A stretch of 64,000 nucleotides of DNA from positions 86,869 through 150,868 of the forward strand of contig MFKO01000008.1 in the NCBI GenBank assembly GCA_001779595.1. The letters run 5' to 3'. The notes under the pieces are model-generated. The model was given only the letters and a program-made list of their open reading frames with translations. It did not search any database and was not told the DNA's origin. Below are positions 36,920-47,082 of this stretch, piece after piece (position 1 is the stretch's first letter; each line of letters begins with the position of its first letter). This DNA is from Candidatus Kaiserbacteria bacterium RIFCSPHIGHO2_01_FULL_46_22 (GTDB lineage: Bacteria > Patescibacteriota > Minisyncoccia > Phycocordibacterales > UBA918). A program made the translations under genes and the position numbers.

Positions 36920-38014
36920 ATGAAAGTGACCTTGAATCGTGATGATTTTTACAATCTGTTGGAGATGGCGGGACGAATCAGCACGAAGCATATTACATTG
37001 CCTGTACTGCAGTGTGTGTTGATTGAAGCCAAGGAAGGGAAGGTTGTTTTGCGCGCTACAAATCTTGAGGTGGCAATTGAGGCTGTTTTAAATGCTGAGG
37101 TGGTTACAGAAGGCAAGGTGGCGGTTCCGGCATCTATTCTTCTGCAGACTATCAATCTGGTTAATCAAAAGTCTGTAACATTGAGTTTTGTTGATAATAG
37201 TTTGGAGGTTGATGGTAGTGGGTCAAAAACACAAATAAAGAGTATTCCACACGAGGAGTTTCCTTCCATCCCACAAGTATCAGGAAGTGGTCAGGTTATC
37301 AACGGATCACTTTTTAGTTTGGGTATTAAATCTACAGCCTTCGCCGCATCCCTTTCTTCGATTAAGCCAGAGTTAGGGAGTGTTAATGTGTTTCAGAAAA
37401 AGGAACACACTCTAACTTTTGTTTCTACAGACTCTTTTCGTTTGTTTGAAAAAACCGTACCTCAGAAAGGGGTTGTTCTCAATGATGCTGTCTTAATTCC
37501 ACAAAAAAACGCCATCGAAATTGCCCGAGTCTGCGATGTTGTTGGTGGGGATCCTAAACTCAAAGTCAACGATCACCAGTTGGCTCTAGAGTTTGAAAAT
37601 GGTGTGACGATAACATCACGCCTGGTTGCGGGCGCTTTTCCTGATTATGAACAGATAATTCCGAAAGAATATTCCACGCATACGACCCTCCTCAAAGAAG
37701 ATCTGTCACATGCTTTCAAAAAGACAAATATCTTTCTAAATAAATTCTTTCAAGTTAGTCTTAGTTTTACTAAGGACTCTGTAACAGTCACAGCAGGAAA
37801 CAACGATGTGGGTAATACGACGGAATCAATCAGAGCTTCGACCGATGGGGAAGATCTTTCGTTGAGTTTTAATCAGAAGTATATCGGCGAAGCATTGCCG
37901 CATTTCACAGATGACAGTATCACCATACACCTTTCTGGTATTGGTCGCCCGATGGTTATTAAGGGGGTGAATGATACTTCTGTCAGGTATCTAGTGATGC
38001 CGATGAACAAATAA
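36920..38014 (+). CDS. dnaN: DNA polymerase III beta sliding clamp
   Basis: The N-terminus MKVTLNRDDFYNLLEMAGRISTKHITLPVLQCVLIEAKEGKVVLRATNLE is present, with three-domain length. The track start 36857 is a TTG, and the ATG at 36920 was used. Confidence 0.9.
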   Translation: MKVTLNRDDFYNLLEMAGRISTKHITLPVLQCVLIEAKEGKVVLRATNLEVAIEAVLNAEVVTEGKVAVPASILLQTINLVNQKSVTLSFVDNSLEVDGSGSKTQIKSIPHEEFPSIPQVSGSGQVINGSLFSLGIKSTAFAASLSSIKPELGSVNVFQKKEHTLTFVSTDSFRLFEKTVPQKGVVLNDAVLIPQKNAIEIARVCDVVGGDPKLKVNDHQLALEFENGVTITSRLVAGAFPDYEQIIPKEYSTHTTLLKEDLSHAFKKTNIFLNKFFQVSLSFTKDSVTVTAGNNDVGNTTESIRASTDGEDLSLSFNQKYIGEALPHFTDDSITIHLSGIGRPMVIKGVNDTSVRYLVMPMNK

Positions 38015-38172
38015 AAAGTTGCGAAATCGGCGAATTTCTTCGTTGTGCTTCGGAAAATAACACTCACTGAACAGCCCAAAGTTCACCTCGTGTCATTTTT
38101 CTCGCCCGCCTCGAACTTCATCCGATTTTGCAACTTTCTGCCCGCAGTATTGGTTGAAAAACTTTTATAGTT

Positions 38173-38457
38173 ATGGCTCGTGGTGAATTAAAAAAATTAT
38201 CTTCTCTCTTTGATAAATATAAAGAGAGATTGGTGGCCCCTGAAGGGAGTGTTATCGATGCTTTTGTTGAAGTAGTGAGAGATTTGTTTGAGTTCGAGGT
38301 TAATCGTGACAAGATTCGCTACAACCCAACCACTAAAACTTTGTCGATTGTAGGAATGGGGATTTTACGTTCAGAAGTTAAGAAGCGCGAGCAGGAAGTA
38401 TTCGATCATCTAAGGGGGCGTCTGGGAGATAAAAGTGCCCCAAAACATATTATTTGA
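38173..38457 (+). CDS. DUF721/DciA-like small protein (position conserved downstream of dnaN)
   Basis: A 94-aa product located after dnaN. Similarity to DUF721 is judged by eye only. Confidence 0.35.
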   Translation: MARGELKKLSSLFDKYKERLVAPEGSVIDAFVEVVRDLFEFEVNRDKIRYNPTTKTLSIVGMGILRSEVKKREQEVFDHLRGRLGDKSAPKHII

Positions 38458-38466
38458 GACTGAGGT

Positions 38467-38506
38467 AAAGAAACGGCCGGTGCCAAAGGCACCGGCCGTT
38501 TCTTTT
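38467..38506. terminator. Bidirectional terminator (aaagaaacggccggtgcc-aaa-ggcaccggccgtttcttt)
   Basis: An 18-bp perfect stem lies between convergent genes. Confidence 0.7.
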
Positions 38507-38533
38507 GGTTTGTATCGCACCTGGTTCTCAATC

Positions 38534-40798
38534 TTAGTTCTGTCTAGTGCCTACCGGTTCTCCTTCTTCATCACGATCGTTGTTGTCCTCAATACTTTCC
38601 GTGCTGCTGCCTACCATGTTGCTGAACTGACCACCTTTCCATACCGATACTCCGTATTCCCAGAGATTGTATTGCCCGTCACTAGCTGGGTTGTTTGGAT
38701 ATGGGCCACGTGGGTCGTCTTTGTTTACGTAATGTAGTATCGAGTGGGTGTTTTGATATATAGCGTTTAGAAGCCCCTCAGCGTCCGTGTCGCCGTCTAG
38801 TTCCGATAATAGACTGGTGGTGTCAACGAAGTAACCATTGGACCGTAGAACGGGCTTTATGTCGCTTGGAATGGCGGCTGGTTCAGCAAAACTTTCGTTT
38901 TCAACCTTTGCTAGCGCCTTGTCCATAAAGGCTCGCCATAATGGTGAGATGATGAGACCAGAAATCTCATTCATTGAGCGGTTGTCGTTGTTACCAGCCC
39001 AGGCGCCAACGACTAAGTTTGGTGTGTAACCGAAAATCCAAGCGTCACGTTTGTCGTTTGTCGTACCAGTCTTGGCGGCTACATCTCGATCGCCGAAGTG
39101 GAGTTGAGAGTTGGCTCCGTACAGAGGAGTGCGCGCAACGTTGTCAGAAAGTATGTCTGATATCTGGAGGGCTGCGTCACGGTCCATCACTCTGGAACCT
39201 TCTGGCACTTCGTCCTCAACTTTCTCTAAAACATTTCCTTGCATGTCTTCAATACGAAGAATGTCACGCGTCGGCTTCTTTACACCTTCGTTAGCCAGTA
39301 CGCTGTAAGCACCCACCATATCGATCAGTCTTACTTCACCGCCTCCTAGAACCAGAGTAAGACCATATCGTCGCCAATCTGTAAGAGTAGAAAGACCAGC
39401 GTCTCTGGCTAGCTTGATCGAGTCCGGAATACCTGCCAAGTAGAGTGTCTTAACGGCGGGGATGTTCAAAGATTGAGCTAGTGCGTTTCGCATTGATACA
39501 GGTCCACGGAAAGCATTGTCGTAGTTTTGTGGTGAATAACACCCATCGTCAGATGTGAAGTTGTCTGGTGAACAGGCAGTTGAGAACTGTGTCCTTACAT
39601 CGAATAGGGTAGTAGCAGGAGTATAGCCTTTTTCGAAAGCCTTAGCGTAAATGAAAGGCTTGATAGAAGATCCTGGCTGGCGATCAGCGAGAGTGATGTT
39701 GTAATTACCATCTACCGCTTCGTCAAAGTAGTCGCGTGATCCAACCATAACTAGAATGTCTCCAGTTTTAGGATCCATAGCCACCATACCAGCATTAGAA
39801 GCGTTGTACTTCGTTTCGTTTTGGAGAGCGTATTCTTTGATTATCTTCTCGGCTTCCTCCTGAAGCTCATAATCAAGTGTGGTTATAACCTTTAGACCTT
39901 TGGTCGCCAAGTCTTCCTCGCCGTAACGCTCGACAAGTTTTTCACGAATATACATCACGAAATGTGGTGCGCGAATTCCGGTATTGGCCGAGGCGGAAAA
40001 TTTCACCTCTTCCGCAATTGCTGCTTGGTACTCTTCCTCGGAAATGAAATCTAGTTTTTCCATCTGTTCCAGGACGCGTTTTTGTCGCTGGTCGAGTCCG
40101 TCTCGGTGATTTCCGTAAGGTGAAAAGTAAGTAGGTCTTTGCGGGAGGGCGGCTAGATAAGCAGCTTCTGCCAAAGTTACATCGGCGGCTGATTTATTAA
40201 AGAAAGCACGACTGGCTTCCTCTACACCGTAGATAGTTCCACCGTAGGGTGATTCGTTAAGGTATGTATGGAGGATTTCTTCTTTTGTCATCACTTGTTC
40301 CAAACGAAGTGCTAGGATGACCTCCTTAAGTTTTCTGATGTAGGCTTTTTCAGGGGAGAGAAGCGCGTTCTTAATTACTTGTTGAGTAATGGTCGATCCG
40401 CCTTGACCACGCAGGTCACCGCCTTGCACGTTGTAGATCATTGCCCGCAAGATAGAAAGTGGTCTCACGCCGTGATGCTGAAAGAATGTGTCGTCTTCGA
40501 TTGCTACAGTGGCATTCTTAATGTGGTGCGAAATTCGTTCATATGGCACCGCTGTGCGTTTCACGTCCTGGTTTAGGTCGTAGAGTACGACTTCACCAGT
40601 GCGATCGTATATTTTTGTTGACTGGAGGATTCGTCGCTGTTCGAAAGCAGAGAGGTCTGGCAGGTCCAAGGTGGAAATGAATACTAGAAGTGCTCCAGCA
40701 CTAAAAAAGCCCAGAACCAAAGTCACAATCAGGCCATCTGTAGCCCACTCACGCCATTTTTTATCGAGCTTAAATTTAGATTTTCGGTGGTCTCTCAT
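38534..40798 (-). CDS. Class A penicillin-binding protein (PBP1A, transglycosylase plus transpeptidase)
   Basis: The N-terminal TM segment is followed by GT51 motifs (EDDTFFQHHGV, GGSTITQQVIKN). The transpeptidase motifs SIKPF (SxxK) and KTGTT are present. Confidence 0.9.
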   Translation of the reverse strand: MRDHRKSKFKLDKKWREWATDGLIVTLVLGFFSAGALLVFISTLDLPDLSAFEQRRILQSTKIYDRTGEVVLYDLNQDVKRTAVPYERISHHIKNATVAIEDDTFFQHHGVRPLSILRAMIYNVQGGDLRGQGGSTITQQVIKNALLSPEKAYIRKLKEVILALRLEQVMTKEEILHTYLNESPYGGTIYGVEEASRAFFNKSAADVTLAEAAYLAALPQRPTYFSPYGNHRDGLDQRQKRVLEQMEKLDFISEEEYQAAIAEEVKFSASANTGIRAPHFVMYIREKLVERYGEEDLATKGLKVITTLDYELQEEAEKIIKEYALQNETKYNASNAGMVAMDPKTGDILVMVGSRDYFDEAVDGNYNITLADRQPGSSIKPFIYAKAFEKGYTPATTLFDVRTQFSTACSPDNFTSDDGCYSPQNYDNAFRGPVSMRNALAQSLNIPAVKTLYLAGIPDSIKLARDAGLSTLTDWRRYGLTLVLGGGEVRLIDMVGAYSVLANEGVKKPTRDILRIEDMQGNVLEKVEDEVPEGSRVMDRDAALQISDILSDNVARTPLYGANSQLHFGDRDVAAKTGTTNDKRDAWIFGYTPNLVVGAWAGNNDNRSMNEISGLIISPLWRAFMDKALAKVENESFAEPAAIPSDIKPVLRSNGYFVDTTSLLSELDGDTDAEGLLNAIYQNTHSILHYVNKDDPRGPYPNNPASDGQYNLWEYGVSVWKGGQFSNMVGSSTESIEDNNDRDEEGEPVGTRQN

Positions 40799-40901
40799 AA
40801 TACGAATTATTAGTATATAGTATATGACATATAGGCCGTTTTGTGGCTTCTATACCTGTCTGCGAGGGTACTATATACCACATATACAATATATTTTCTC
40901 T

Positions 40902-42041
40902 ATGGATTTAGTAAATGAATTAAAGGAACGTGGTTTGGTGGAACACAACTCGGCCGACCTAGAAAAGATTTTTAGTGAAAAAAGAACCGTCTACATCGGC
41001 ACTGATCCGACTGCTGACTCCTTACATGTTGGACACCTGTCATGGGTAGTCTTATTGAAGAGATTGGCTGATGCTGGACACAAAGTGATTCTGCTAGTTG
41101 GTGGCGGTACTGGGTTGATCGGTGATCCAAAGGAAAAGGGTGAGAGGCCACTCTTGACTGAAGACGTGGTCGACGCGAATGCGTCTGCTTTAGAGCGCCA
41201 ACTTAATGGCTTGGTTGGCCAGCGCGCTGAACTTGAAATGGTTAATAATGCAGAATGGTTGAGAGAAGTGAAGTTGCTCGACTTCTTACGTGATACAGGC
41301 AAACACTTCACGGTCAATGAACTTATTAAACGTGACCTGATCCGTCGCCGTCTCGATAATCCAGACGATAGTATTTCCTACACCGAATTTACCTATTCAT
41401 TATTGCAGGCTTACGATTACCGAGAATTGAACCAGCGTTATGGTTGTGATCTGCAGATTGGTGGCAGTGATCAATGGACCAACATCCTCTCTGGTGTTGA
41501 TCTGATCCGAAAGACGGAAGGGAAGGAGGTGTTCGCTCTATCTACTCCGCTCATTACAGATGCATCTGGTCGCAAGTTTGGCAAAAGCGAAGGCAATGCG
41601 GTCTGGCTTGATGCTGTAAAAACCACCCCGTACCAGTTTCACCAATTCTGGTTGAATGTTGAAGACGAAAAGGTAATTGATTATCTAAAGATCTACACGT
41701 TACTTTCGCTTGAAGAGATAGGGGCGATCAAGACCGGATTCGAAGCAGACAAGAGCGGACGCCTAGCGCAAAAACGTCTAGCCGACGAGGTGACACGTTT
41801 CGTACATGGTGAGGAAGTTATTTTAGAAACGCCGGTTCATCAGGCTAGTTCTGAGGACACTATTGTGGATATTTTAGTTGCCACTGGTCTCGCTACAAGT
41901 AAAAGAGAGGCGCGAGAATTTATTGAAAGCGGTGCCGTAACTCTCGATGGAGATCGCGTCGAAGATATAAATGCGTTGGCTAAAAATGGAACCCTGCAAC
42001 GTGGTAAACGAAAGATGAATAGCGTTGAGGTCAGGGTATAG
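40902..42041 (+). CDS. tyrS: Tyrosine--tRNA ligase
   Basis: The HIGH motif HVGHL, the KMSKS-like motif KFGKS and the C-terminal S4 domain are present. The track start 40824 was extended, and the ATG at 40902 (MDLVNEL) was used. Confidence 0.9.
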   Translation: MDLVNELKERGLVEHNSADLEKIFSEKRTVYIGTDPTADSLHVGHLSWVVLLKRLADAGHKVILLVGGGTGLIGDPKEKGERPLLTEDVVDANASALERQLNGLVGQRAELEMVNNAEWLREVKLLDFLRDTGKHFTVNELIKRDLIRRRLDNPDDSISYTEFTYSLLQAYDYRELNQRYGCDLQIGGSDQWTNILSGVDLIRKTEGKEVFALSTPLITDASGRKFGKSEGNAVWLDAVKTTPYQFHQFWLNVEDEKVIDYLKIYTLLSLEEIGAIKTGFEADKSGRLAQKRLADEVTRFVHGEEVILETPVHQASSEDTIVDILVATGLATSKREAREFIESGAVTLDGDRVEDINALAKNGTLQRGKRKMNSVEVRV

Positions 42042-42111
42042 TGGTCCTTGTGACAGAAGAAAAGGCCGGAGCTTTTAGCTCCGGCCTTTTCCAAACCCTT
42101 CACGCTAGTTC

Positions 42112-42381
42112 CTATAAGTGATCCTCATCATCGAACGAATCGTAGTCCACATCTTCTGCATCCTCCTCGAGTTCTGCATCAGTCTTTTCCTCAGCGTCCT
42201 CTTCCTCCTCCGCTACTTCTCCCGTTACATCTTCTTTGATGTGTCCAAACCCCTCGGGTTCCTCTACCGGCACATCATCGCTAATTTCGTCCAGCATTGC
42301 GTCGTCTAAACTGGTCTCGCCTTCGGCGACTTCTTCTTCTACTTCTTCGTCATCGTTACGGGTGTTGTGCAAAAGGGTCAT
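42112..42381 (-). CDS. Highly acidic (Asp/Glu-rich) small protein
   Basis: The product reads TRNDDEEVEEEVAEGETSLDD...EEEEDAEEKTDAELEEDAEDVDYDSFDDEDHL. The track TTG start at 42477 overlaps ruvC, and the ATG at 42381 was used. Confidence 0.35.
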   Translation of the reverse strand: MTLLHNTRNDDEEVEEEVAEGETSLDDAMLDEISDDVPVEEPEGFGHIKEDVTGEVAEEEEDAEEKTDAELEEDAEDVDYDSFDDEDHL

Positions 42382-42451
42382 ATCCGTTCGTAATTGAAAT
42401 TTATTTCTACTGAAAATGGATTTTAGCGTAATTAAATTTATGTGCAAGTAC

Positions 42452-42931
42452 TTAGGTGGATATAGGTGTAGATACAAGGCCAGTTAACGCAATAGCAATG
42501 GCATCGTACTCGTCGTCAAGGGCGGAAATCGGCAAATTTTTGATCAATCGAGACAGCATTTCAGCCACTGCTCGCTTGTCGCTCTTACCGTAGCCGGTGA
42601 CGGCTACCTTTATTTCCTGCGGCCCGAACTCCGCGACTTTACAGTTGTGACATTTGGCCAAATATATGACGACACCACGCATCTCAGCTACTGAAAGGGC
42701 AGTGGTGCGATTTTGATTAAAGAAAAGTTTCTCAATTGCCAACTGATCGGGTTGGTAAGAAGAAAAAATCTCGGTTAGTCGGTGACCTAGATCATCAATG
42801 CGGTCTGCAACGACCAGTTTGCGATCCGATTGAAGACAGGTGGAAAATATCAGAGTCTCTTGGCCATCTATTTTTTCCATCACCGCCACGCCCAAGCGGT
42901 CATACCCTGGATCTATTCCTATTACACGCAT
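42452..42931 (-). CDS. ruvC: Crossover junction endodeoxyribonuclease RuvC
   Basis: The N-terminus MRVIGIDPGYDRLGVAVME is present in a 159-aa product. Confidence 0.9.
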   Translation of the reverse strand: MRVIGIDPGYDRLGVAVMEKIDGQETLIFSTCLQSDRKLVVADRIDDLGHRLTEIFSSYQPDQLAIEKLFFNQNRTTALSVAEMRGVVIYLAKCHNCKVAEFGPQEIKVAVTGYGKSDKRAVAEMLSRLIKNLPISALDDEYDAIAIALTGLVSTPIST

Positions 42932-42934
42932 ATT

Positions 42935-43486
42935 TTAATCGGGGGTTTCATCAAAGGTGTCTGCTGTAGTGAATATATCTTGCACATCATCTTGCTCTTC
43001 AATCGCTTCTATCAATTCTGACAACTTAACGCCATCTTCTTCGGATAATTCAACTGGACTTTGAGGCGCATAACCGTCAGCAGTTTTGTTAAATGCCCAC
43101 ATTGCTGTGCCGGGCGTACCTAATTGGTAGCCAGCTTTCGTAAAAGTGTGGCGGATTTCTTGTGAGGTGCGGTTATTGTTGTCTGTTACAGCTGTAATAA
43201 GGATGCCTACTCCACCTGGACCAAACGCTTCAAAAGTAACTTCCTGAAGGGCCTCGCCGCCCGCTCCGGCGCCTTTTGCAACAGCGCGGTCAATATTATC
43301 TTTTGGCATTGAGTCCTTCTTTGCACGCTCTATCACAGCCGCAAGACCTGGCGATGTAATATCTCCTTTGGCTTTGCGAGATTCCATCGCGATTAAAGCA
43401 GAATGTTTTGAAAACACGCGACTCTTTACTGCATCTGTCGCGGCTTTCTTATGCTTTATCTTTGACCATTTGTTATGACCGGACAT
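42935..43486 (-). CDS. yebC: YebC/PmpR-family transcriptional regulator (short form)
   Basis: The N-terminus MSGHNKWSKIKHKKAATDAVKSRVFSK matches the family. Confidence 0.85.
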   Translation of the reverse strand: MSGHNKWSKIKHKKAATDAVKSRVFSKHSALIAMESRKAKGDITSPGLAAVIERAKKDSMPKDNIDRAVAKGAGAGGEALQEVTFEAFGPGGVGILITAVTDNNNRTSQEIRHTFTKAGYQLGTPGTAMWAFNKTADGYAPQSPVELSEEDGVKLSELIEAIEEQDDVQDIFTTADTFDETPD

Positions 43487-43497
43487 AAAAACTTAAA

Positions 43498-44475
43498 TTA
43501 GGAATCATTAATATGTGAGTATGCGTTCGCGCTGGCGACACGGCCGCGTGGGGTGCGTTCCAAAAGACCAAGGCGGATAAGATAAGGTTCAATCACATCT
43601 TCAATAGTGGATTCTTCCTCACCAGTGGCTGCAGCAATAGTGTTGAGGCCAACTGGTCCACCGCCAAATTTGCCGATAATAGCCTCAAGTACGGCACGAT
43701 CTGACTTATTGAGACCAAGTTTATCAACATCCAGTAAGCCGAAGGTACGCTCAACTATGTCGCGCGACAACGGTACATTTTCTAGTTGAGCCATATCGCG
43801 GCATCGCTTCAAGAGATAGTTAGCGACACGAGGAGTAGCGCGACAACGCTTGGCGATATCTTCAAATACATCGCTGTCGGTTTCTACGCCAAGTAATTTG
43901 GCCGATCGGATCAAGATCGACTCTATCTCTTTTTCATTATAGAAATCTAGACGAAATGTACCGCCCGAAAAACGAGAACGAAGCGGAGAAGAGAGCAGGG
44001 AAATCCGCGTGGTTGCCGCGACTAGCGTAAATGGCGGTAGATCAAGTTGAACGGTACGGGCCGAAGGACCTTTGCCAATGATGATATCCAAAACACCCGA
44101 TTCCATTGCAGGGTAGAGAACCTCTTCAATGGTTTTCGAGAGGCGGTGTATTTCGTCGATGAACAATACATCGCCAGGGGAGAGGTTGGTCAAAACAGCA
44201 GCTAGGTCGCCAACCCGTTCGATTGCTGGACCGGAGGTGATACGCATATTAGTGCCCAACGTCTTGGCGATGAGGTGGGCCAAGGTTGTCTTGCCAAGAC
44301 CTGGTGGGCCGTAAAGCAGGATATGTTCTGCTGAGTGACCGCGTTCACGAGCGGCGGTCAAAAGAATCCGCAAGTTCTCTTTGGTTTTTGCCTGTCCGAT
44401 ATACTCTTCCCAACTCTGCGGTCGCAGAGTCTGATCTAAGTTACCAGCGCCGTCCTTAGTAAAACCATTTGCCAT
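43498..44475 (-). CDS. ruvB: Holliday junction branch migration helicase RuvB
   Basis: The segments [26 protein letters not shown] and DEIHRL are present. Confidence 0.95.
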   Translation of the reverse strand: MANGFTKDGAGNLDQTLRPQSWEEYIGQAKTKENLRILLTAARERGHSAEHILLYGPPGLGKTTLAHLIAKTLGTNMRITSGPAIERVGDLAAVLTNLSPGDVLFIDEIHRLSKTIEEVLYPAMESGVLDIIIGKGPSARTVQLDLPPFTLVAATTRISLLSSPLRSRFSGGTFRLDFYNEKEIESILIRSAKLLGVETDSDVFEDIAKRCRATPRVANYLLKRCRDMAQLENVPLSRDIVERTFGLLDVDKLGLNKSDRAVLEAIIGKFGGGPVGLNTIAAATGEEESTIEDVIEPYLIRLGLLERTPRGRVASANAYSHINDS

Positions 44476-44857
44476 AGCGCCATTATACCGAAAAACCAGT
44501 TATTCCAACGTTGGCGTCTGCCGCTTGACAAATTCCTCAAATATGCTAAGATATTTAAGTTCTTAGAAAAGCAGATAAATAAAAAGCGCCGCAACGATCC
44601 CGTTGCAGGCGGCTATTTTTTCTCTTATTTCTATAACAGCTCTTTCGAGACGATAGCTCTCTAAGCAATTGGTTGGTGTGGCGAGGACTTCCTGGTCCTT
44701 ACCATCGAGTGAGGTCGCTGGGTAGACCCTTAGCGCACCGGTCACTTTTATTTTGAAAGCTTGCTTAGAGAACTATCTTCTCGAACCCCTATACACTGCC
44801 ACGGACTATATCATGTCCGTGGCAGTGTTCGTATTGAACGCCACGCGATCACGTGTT

Positions 44858-46543
44858 CTAACCTCTTGTATCGGATCTAACCTTGGTCAGATCAACAACT
44901 CGCTCGAGTTCGTCAAGAGAGGTGATACCAGAAAGCACCTTTTCCATACCATCTTCAGACATTAGAGGAATACCTTGAGAACGAGCCGCTTCGACAATAA
45001 TGTGTTCGCGAGGATCGCGAATTACTGCTTCTTCCACCGCGGTATCAACTTTGATGGCTTCAAATATACCTTGACGACCTTTGTATCCAGTACCGCCACA
45101 GATTTCACAACCGACCGCTTCAAAGACGGTGAAGTTATCGAGATTAGCGGGTGGTTTCGGATGTCCGGACAGCACTCGTTTCATTAACACACTTTCTTCA
45201 GCGGTGGCGGCCCGTGATTTTTTACACTTCTCGCACAGTCTTCGTACCAAACGTTGAGCAAGAATAATATTTGCCGCGCTACCGATCATTCGTGAGTCAA
45301 CACCAAGATCGATGAGGCGGGGGAAGGCACCAGCTGCGTTATTGGTGTGCAAAGTGGTGAAAACGAGGTGACCGGTTTGAGCGGCGTGGACCGCAGTCTC
45401 GGCCACTTCGTTGTCACGGATTTCACCAACCATAATGATGTCTGGGTCCTGACGCAGAATAGACCGAAGGCCGGAAGCAAAGCTGTAGTCCTCTTCGACT
45501 TGTGTTTGCACGATACCTTCGACCTTGTATTCAACTGGGTCTTCGATGGTGATTACTTTCACTTCGGGGGTATGAGCTTGACGTAAAAAGGCGTACAGCG
45601 CCGTGGTCTTACCGCTACCAGTAGGACCGGTGGTGATAATCATTCCATTCGGTCTCTTTAACTCCTCGGTCATTACCCCGTACATTATTGGGTTGAGGCC
45701 GAGTTGGTCCATATTGAAACTGGCAACTGACGGATCAAGAAGACGCATAACTGCACTCTCTCCCGAGCTTCCAGGAATAACAGAAGTACGAACCTCGATT
45801 ACTTTTTGACTACTATCAAAAGTGAAACGACCGTCTTGAGCTTCGTTTTTCACATTCAGGATCAGCCCAGCAAGCAACTTAATACGAGCGATCAGACGAT
45901 CATATACTGCGCGTTCTAGGTCAACTACATCGTGCAGTACTCCGTCCAAACGGAAACGCACTCTAACTTTTACAGGTGAAGGCTCAATGTGTATGTCCGA
46001 AGCTCCGAGGCCTAAAGCACCCGCAAAAAGTGTTTCTAAGGTAGCACTCACCCGACGAGCCGGATTCAAGGTGCGAATTTCATCCACGTGTTTCGACACC
46101 GCTTCCATAGTCGCAAGGTTTTTCATCAGCTTATCGATCTCCGCCGGATCGATATCCAGAATCCCTTTTTTAACTTCGGTGGTTTGTTTTTGATCAGCGT
46201 AACGTCCCCAAGCGTGTTCTAGACTAGCCTCTGAGCACATAAAAACAGAAAGTTGCCAGGCGCTTTCCAGCTCATGGATAATTGCGATAGTCTTTTCTTC
46301 GTTTGGATTGCGCACAGCGATAGAGAGTTTTTTGTTAGCTCGCTCAAAAAGCACCGCGCCAGCATCACGGGCACGATCTTCGCTTAGTAGACTGAGCGCC
46401 GATGGGTTTATTGAAATACCACGCAAGTTAACGTAGGTGTAACCTTGCTTGCCGGCCAGAGCTTTAACCAGACTCTCTTCCTCGCTTTGTCGAAACTCCT
46501 GGTAACGCCGGCCTTCTAATACATGCTCATCAAACTTCAACAT
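44858..46543 (-). CDS. pilB: Type IV pilus assembly / type II secretion ATPase (PilB/GspE family)
   Basis: A GSPII_E N-terminal domain is followed by Walker A GPTGSGKTTAL, the Asp box, Walker B, the His box, and a C-terminal CxxC...CxxC zinc motif (CEKCKK...CEICGGTG). Confidence 0.85.
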   Translation of the reverse strand: MLKFDEHVLEGRRYQEFRQSEEESLVKALAGKQGYTYVNLRGISINPSALSLLSEDRARDAGAVLFERANKKLSIAVRNPNEEKTIAIIHELESAWQLSVFMCSEASLEHAWGRYADQKQTTEVKKGILDIDPAEIDKLMKNLATMEAVSKHVDEIRTLNPARRVSATLETLFAGALGLGASDIHIEPSPVKVRVRFRLDGVLHDVVDLERAVYDRLIARIKLLAGLILNVKNEAQDGRFTFDSSQKVIEVRTSVIPGSSGESAVMRLLDPSVASFNMDQLGLNPIMYGVMTEELKRPNGMIITTGPTGSGKTTALYAFLRQAHTPEVKVITIEDPVEYKVEGIVQTQVEEDYSFASGLRSILRQDPDIIMVGEIRDNEVAETAVHAAQTGHLVFTTLHTNNAAGAFPRLIDLGVDSRMIGSAANIILAQRLVRRLCEKCKKSRAATAEESVLMKRVLSGHPKPPANLDNFTVFEAVGCEICGGTGYKGRQGIFEAIKVDTAVEEAVIRDPREHIIVEAARSQGIPLMSEDGMEKVLSGITSLDELERVVDLTKVRSDTRG

Positions 46544-46632
46544 ATTTTTTGATTATTTCAATTTTAGAATGAAAATATAAAAAGCAGAAAGCACAAAGTA
46601 CTGGCCAAGGTGAAAAATGGTAGGATGTTCGG

Positions 46633-47082
46633 ATGAATGAACGGCAGTGGGACATCACGGATAAGTCTGATTTAGAACGGGTGACCGGGGATATATTGAG
46701 TGAATTAGCCAAAGAACAACGCACATCATCCGCTGTGGTGCTTGGTCTTCATGGTGACCTCGGTGCTGGTAAAACCACTTTCGTACAAATGTTAGCGGAT
46801 CAGCTTGGTGTTCAGGAATCAGTCACCAGTCCAACTTTTGTGATAATGAAAAAATACCAGACTAAAGATCAGCGATTCTCTACCTTAGTTCACATTGACG
46901 CTTATCGTCTAGAAAGTGCGGAAGAATTGGAGGTTTTAGATTTTTCTTCAGAGCTATCGGACGAGAAGAATATTATATGTATTGAGTGGGCGGAAAAGGT
47001 GACCGATCTTCTCCCGCCGTTAACGAAGAATTATCGATTTGTTATCGATGCGGATAATCGTCGTACTTTAATACTGGAATGA
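46633..47082 (+). CDS. tsaE: tRNA threonylcarbamoyladenosine biosynthesis protein TsaE
   Basis: The segment LGLHGDLGAGKTTFVQ...SPTFVIMKKY matches the family. Confidence 0.85.
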   Translation: MNERQWDITDKSDLERVTGDILSELAKEQRTSSAVVLGLHGDLGAGKTTFVQMLADQLGVQESVTSPTFVIMKKYQTKDQRFSTLVHIDAYRLESAEELEVLDFSSELSDEKNIICIEWAEKVTDLLPPLTKNYRFVIDADNRRTLILE

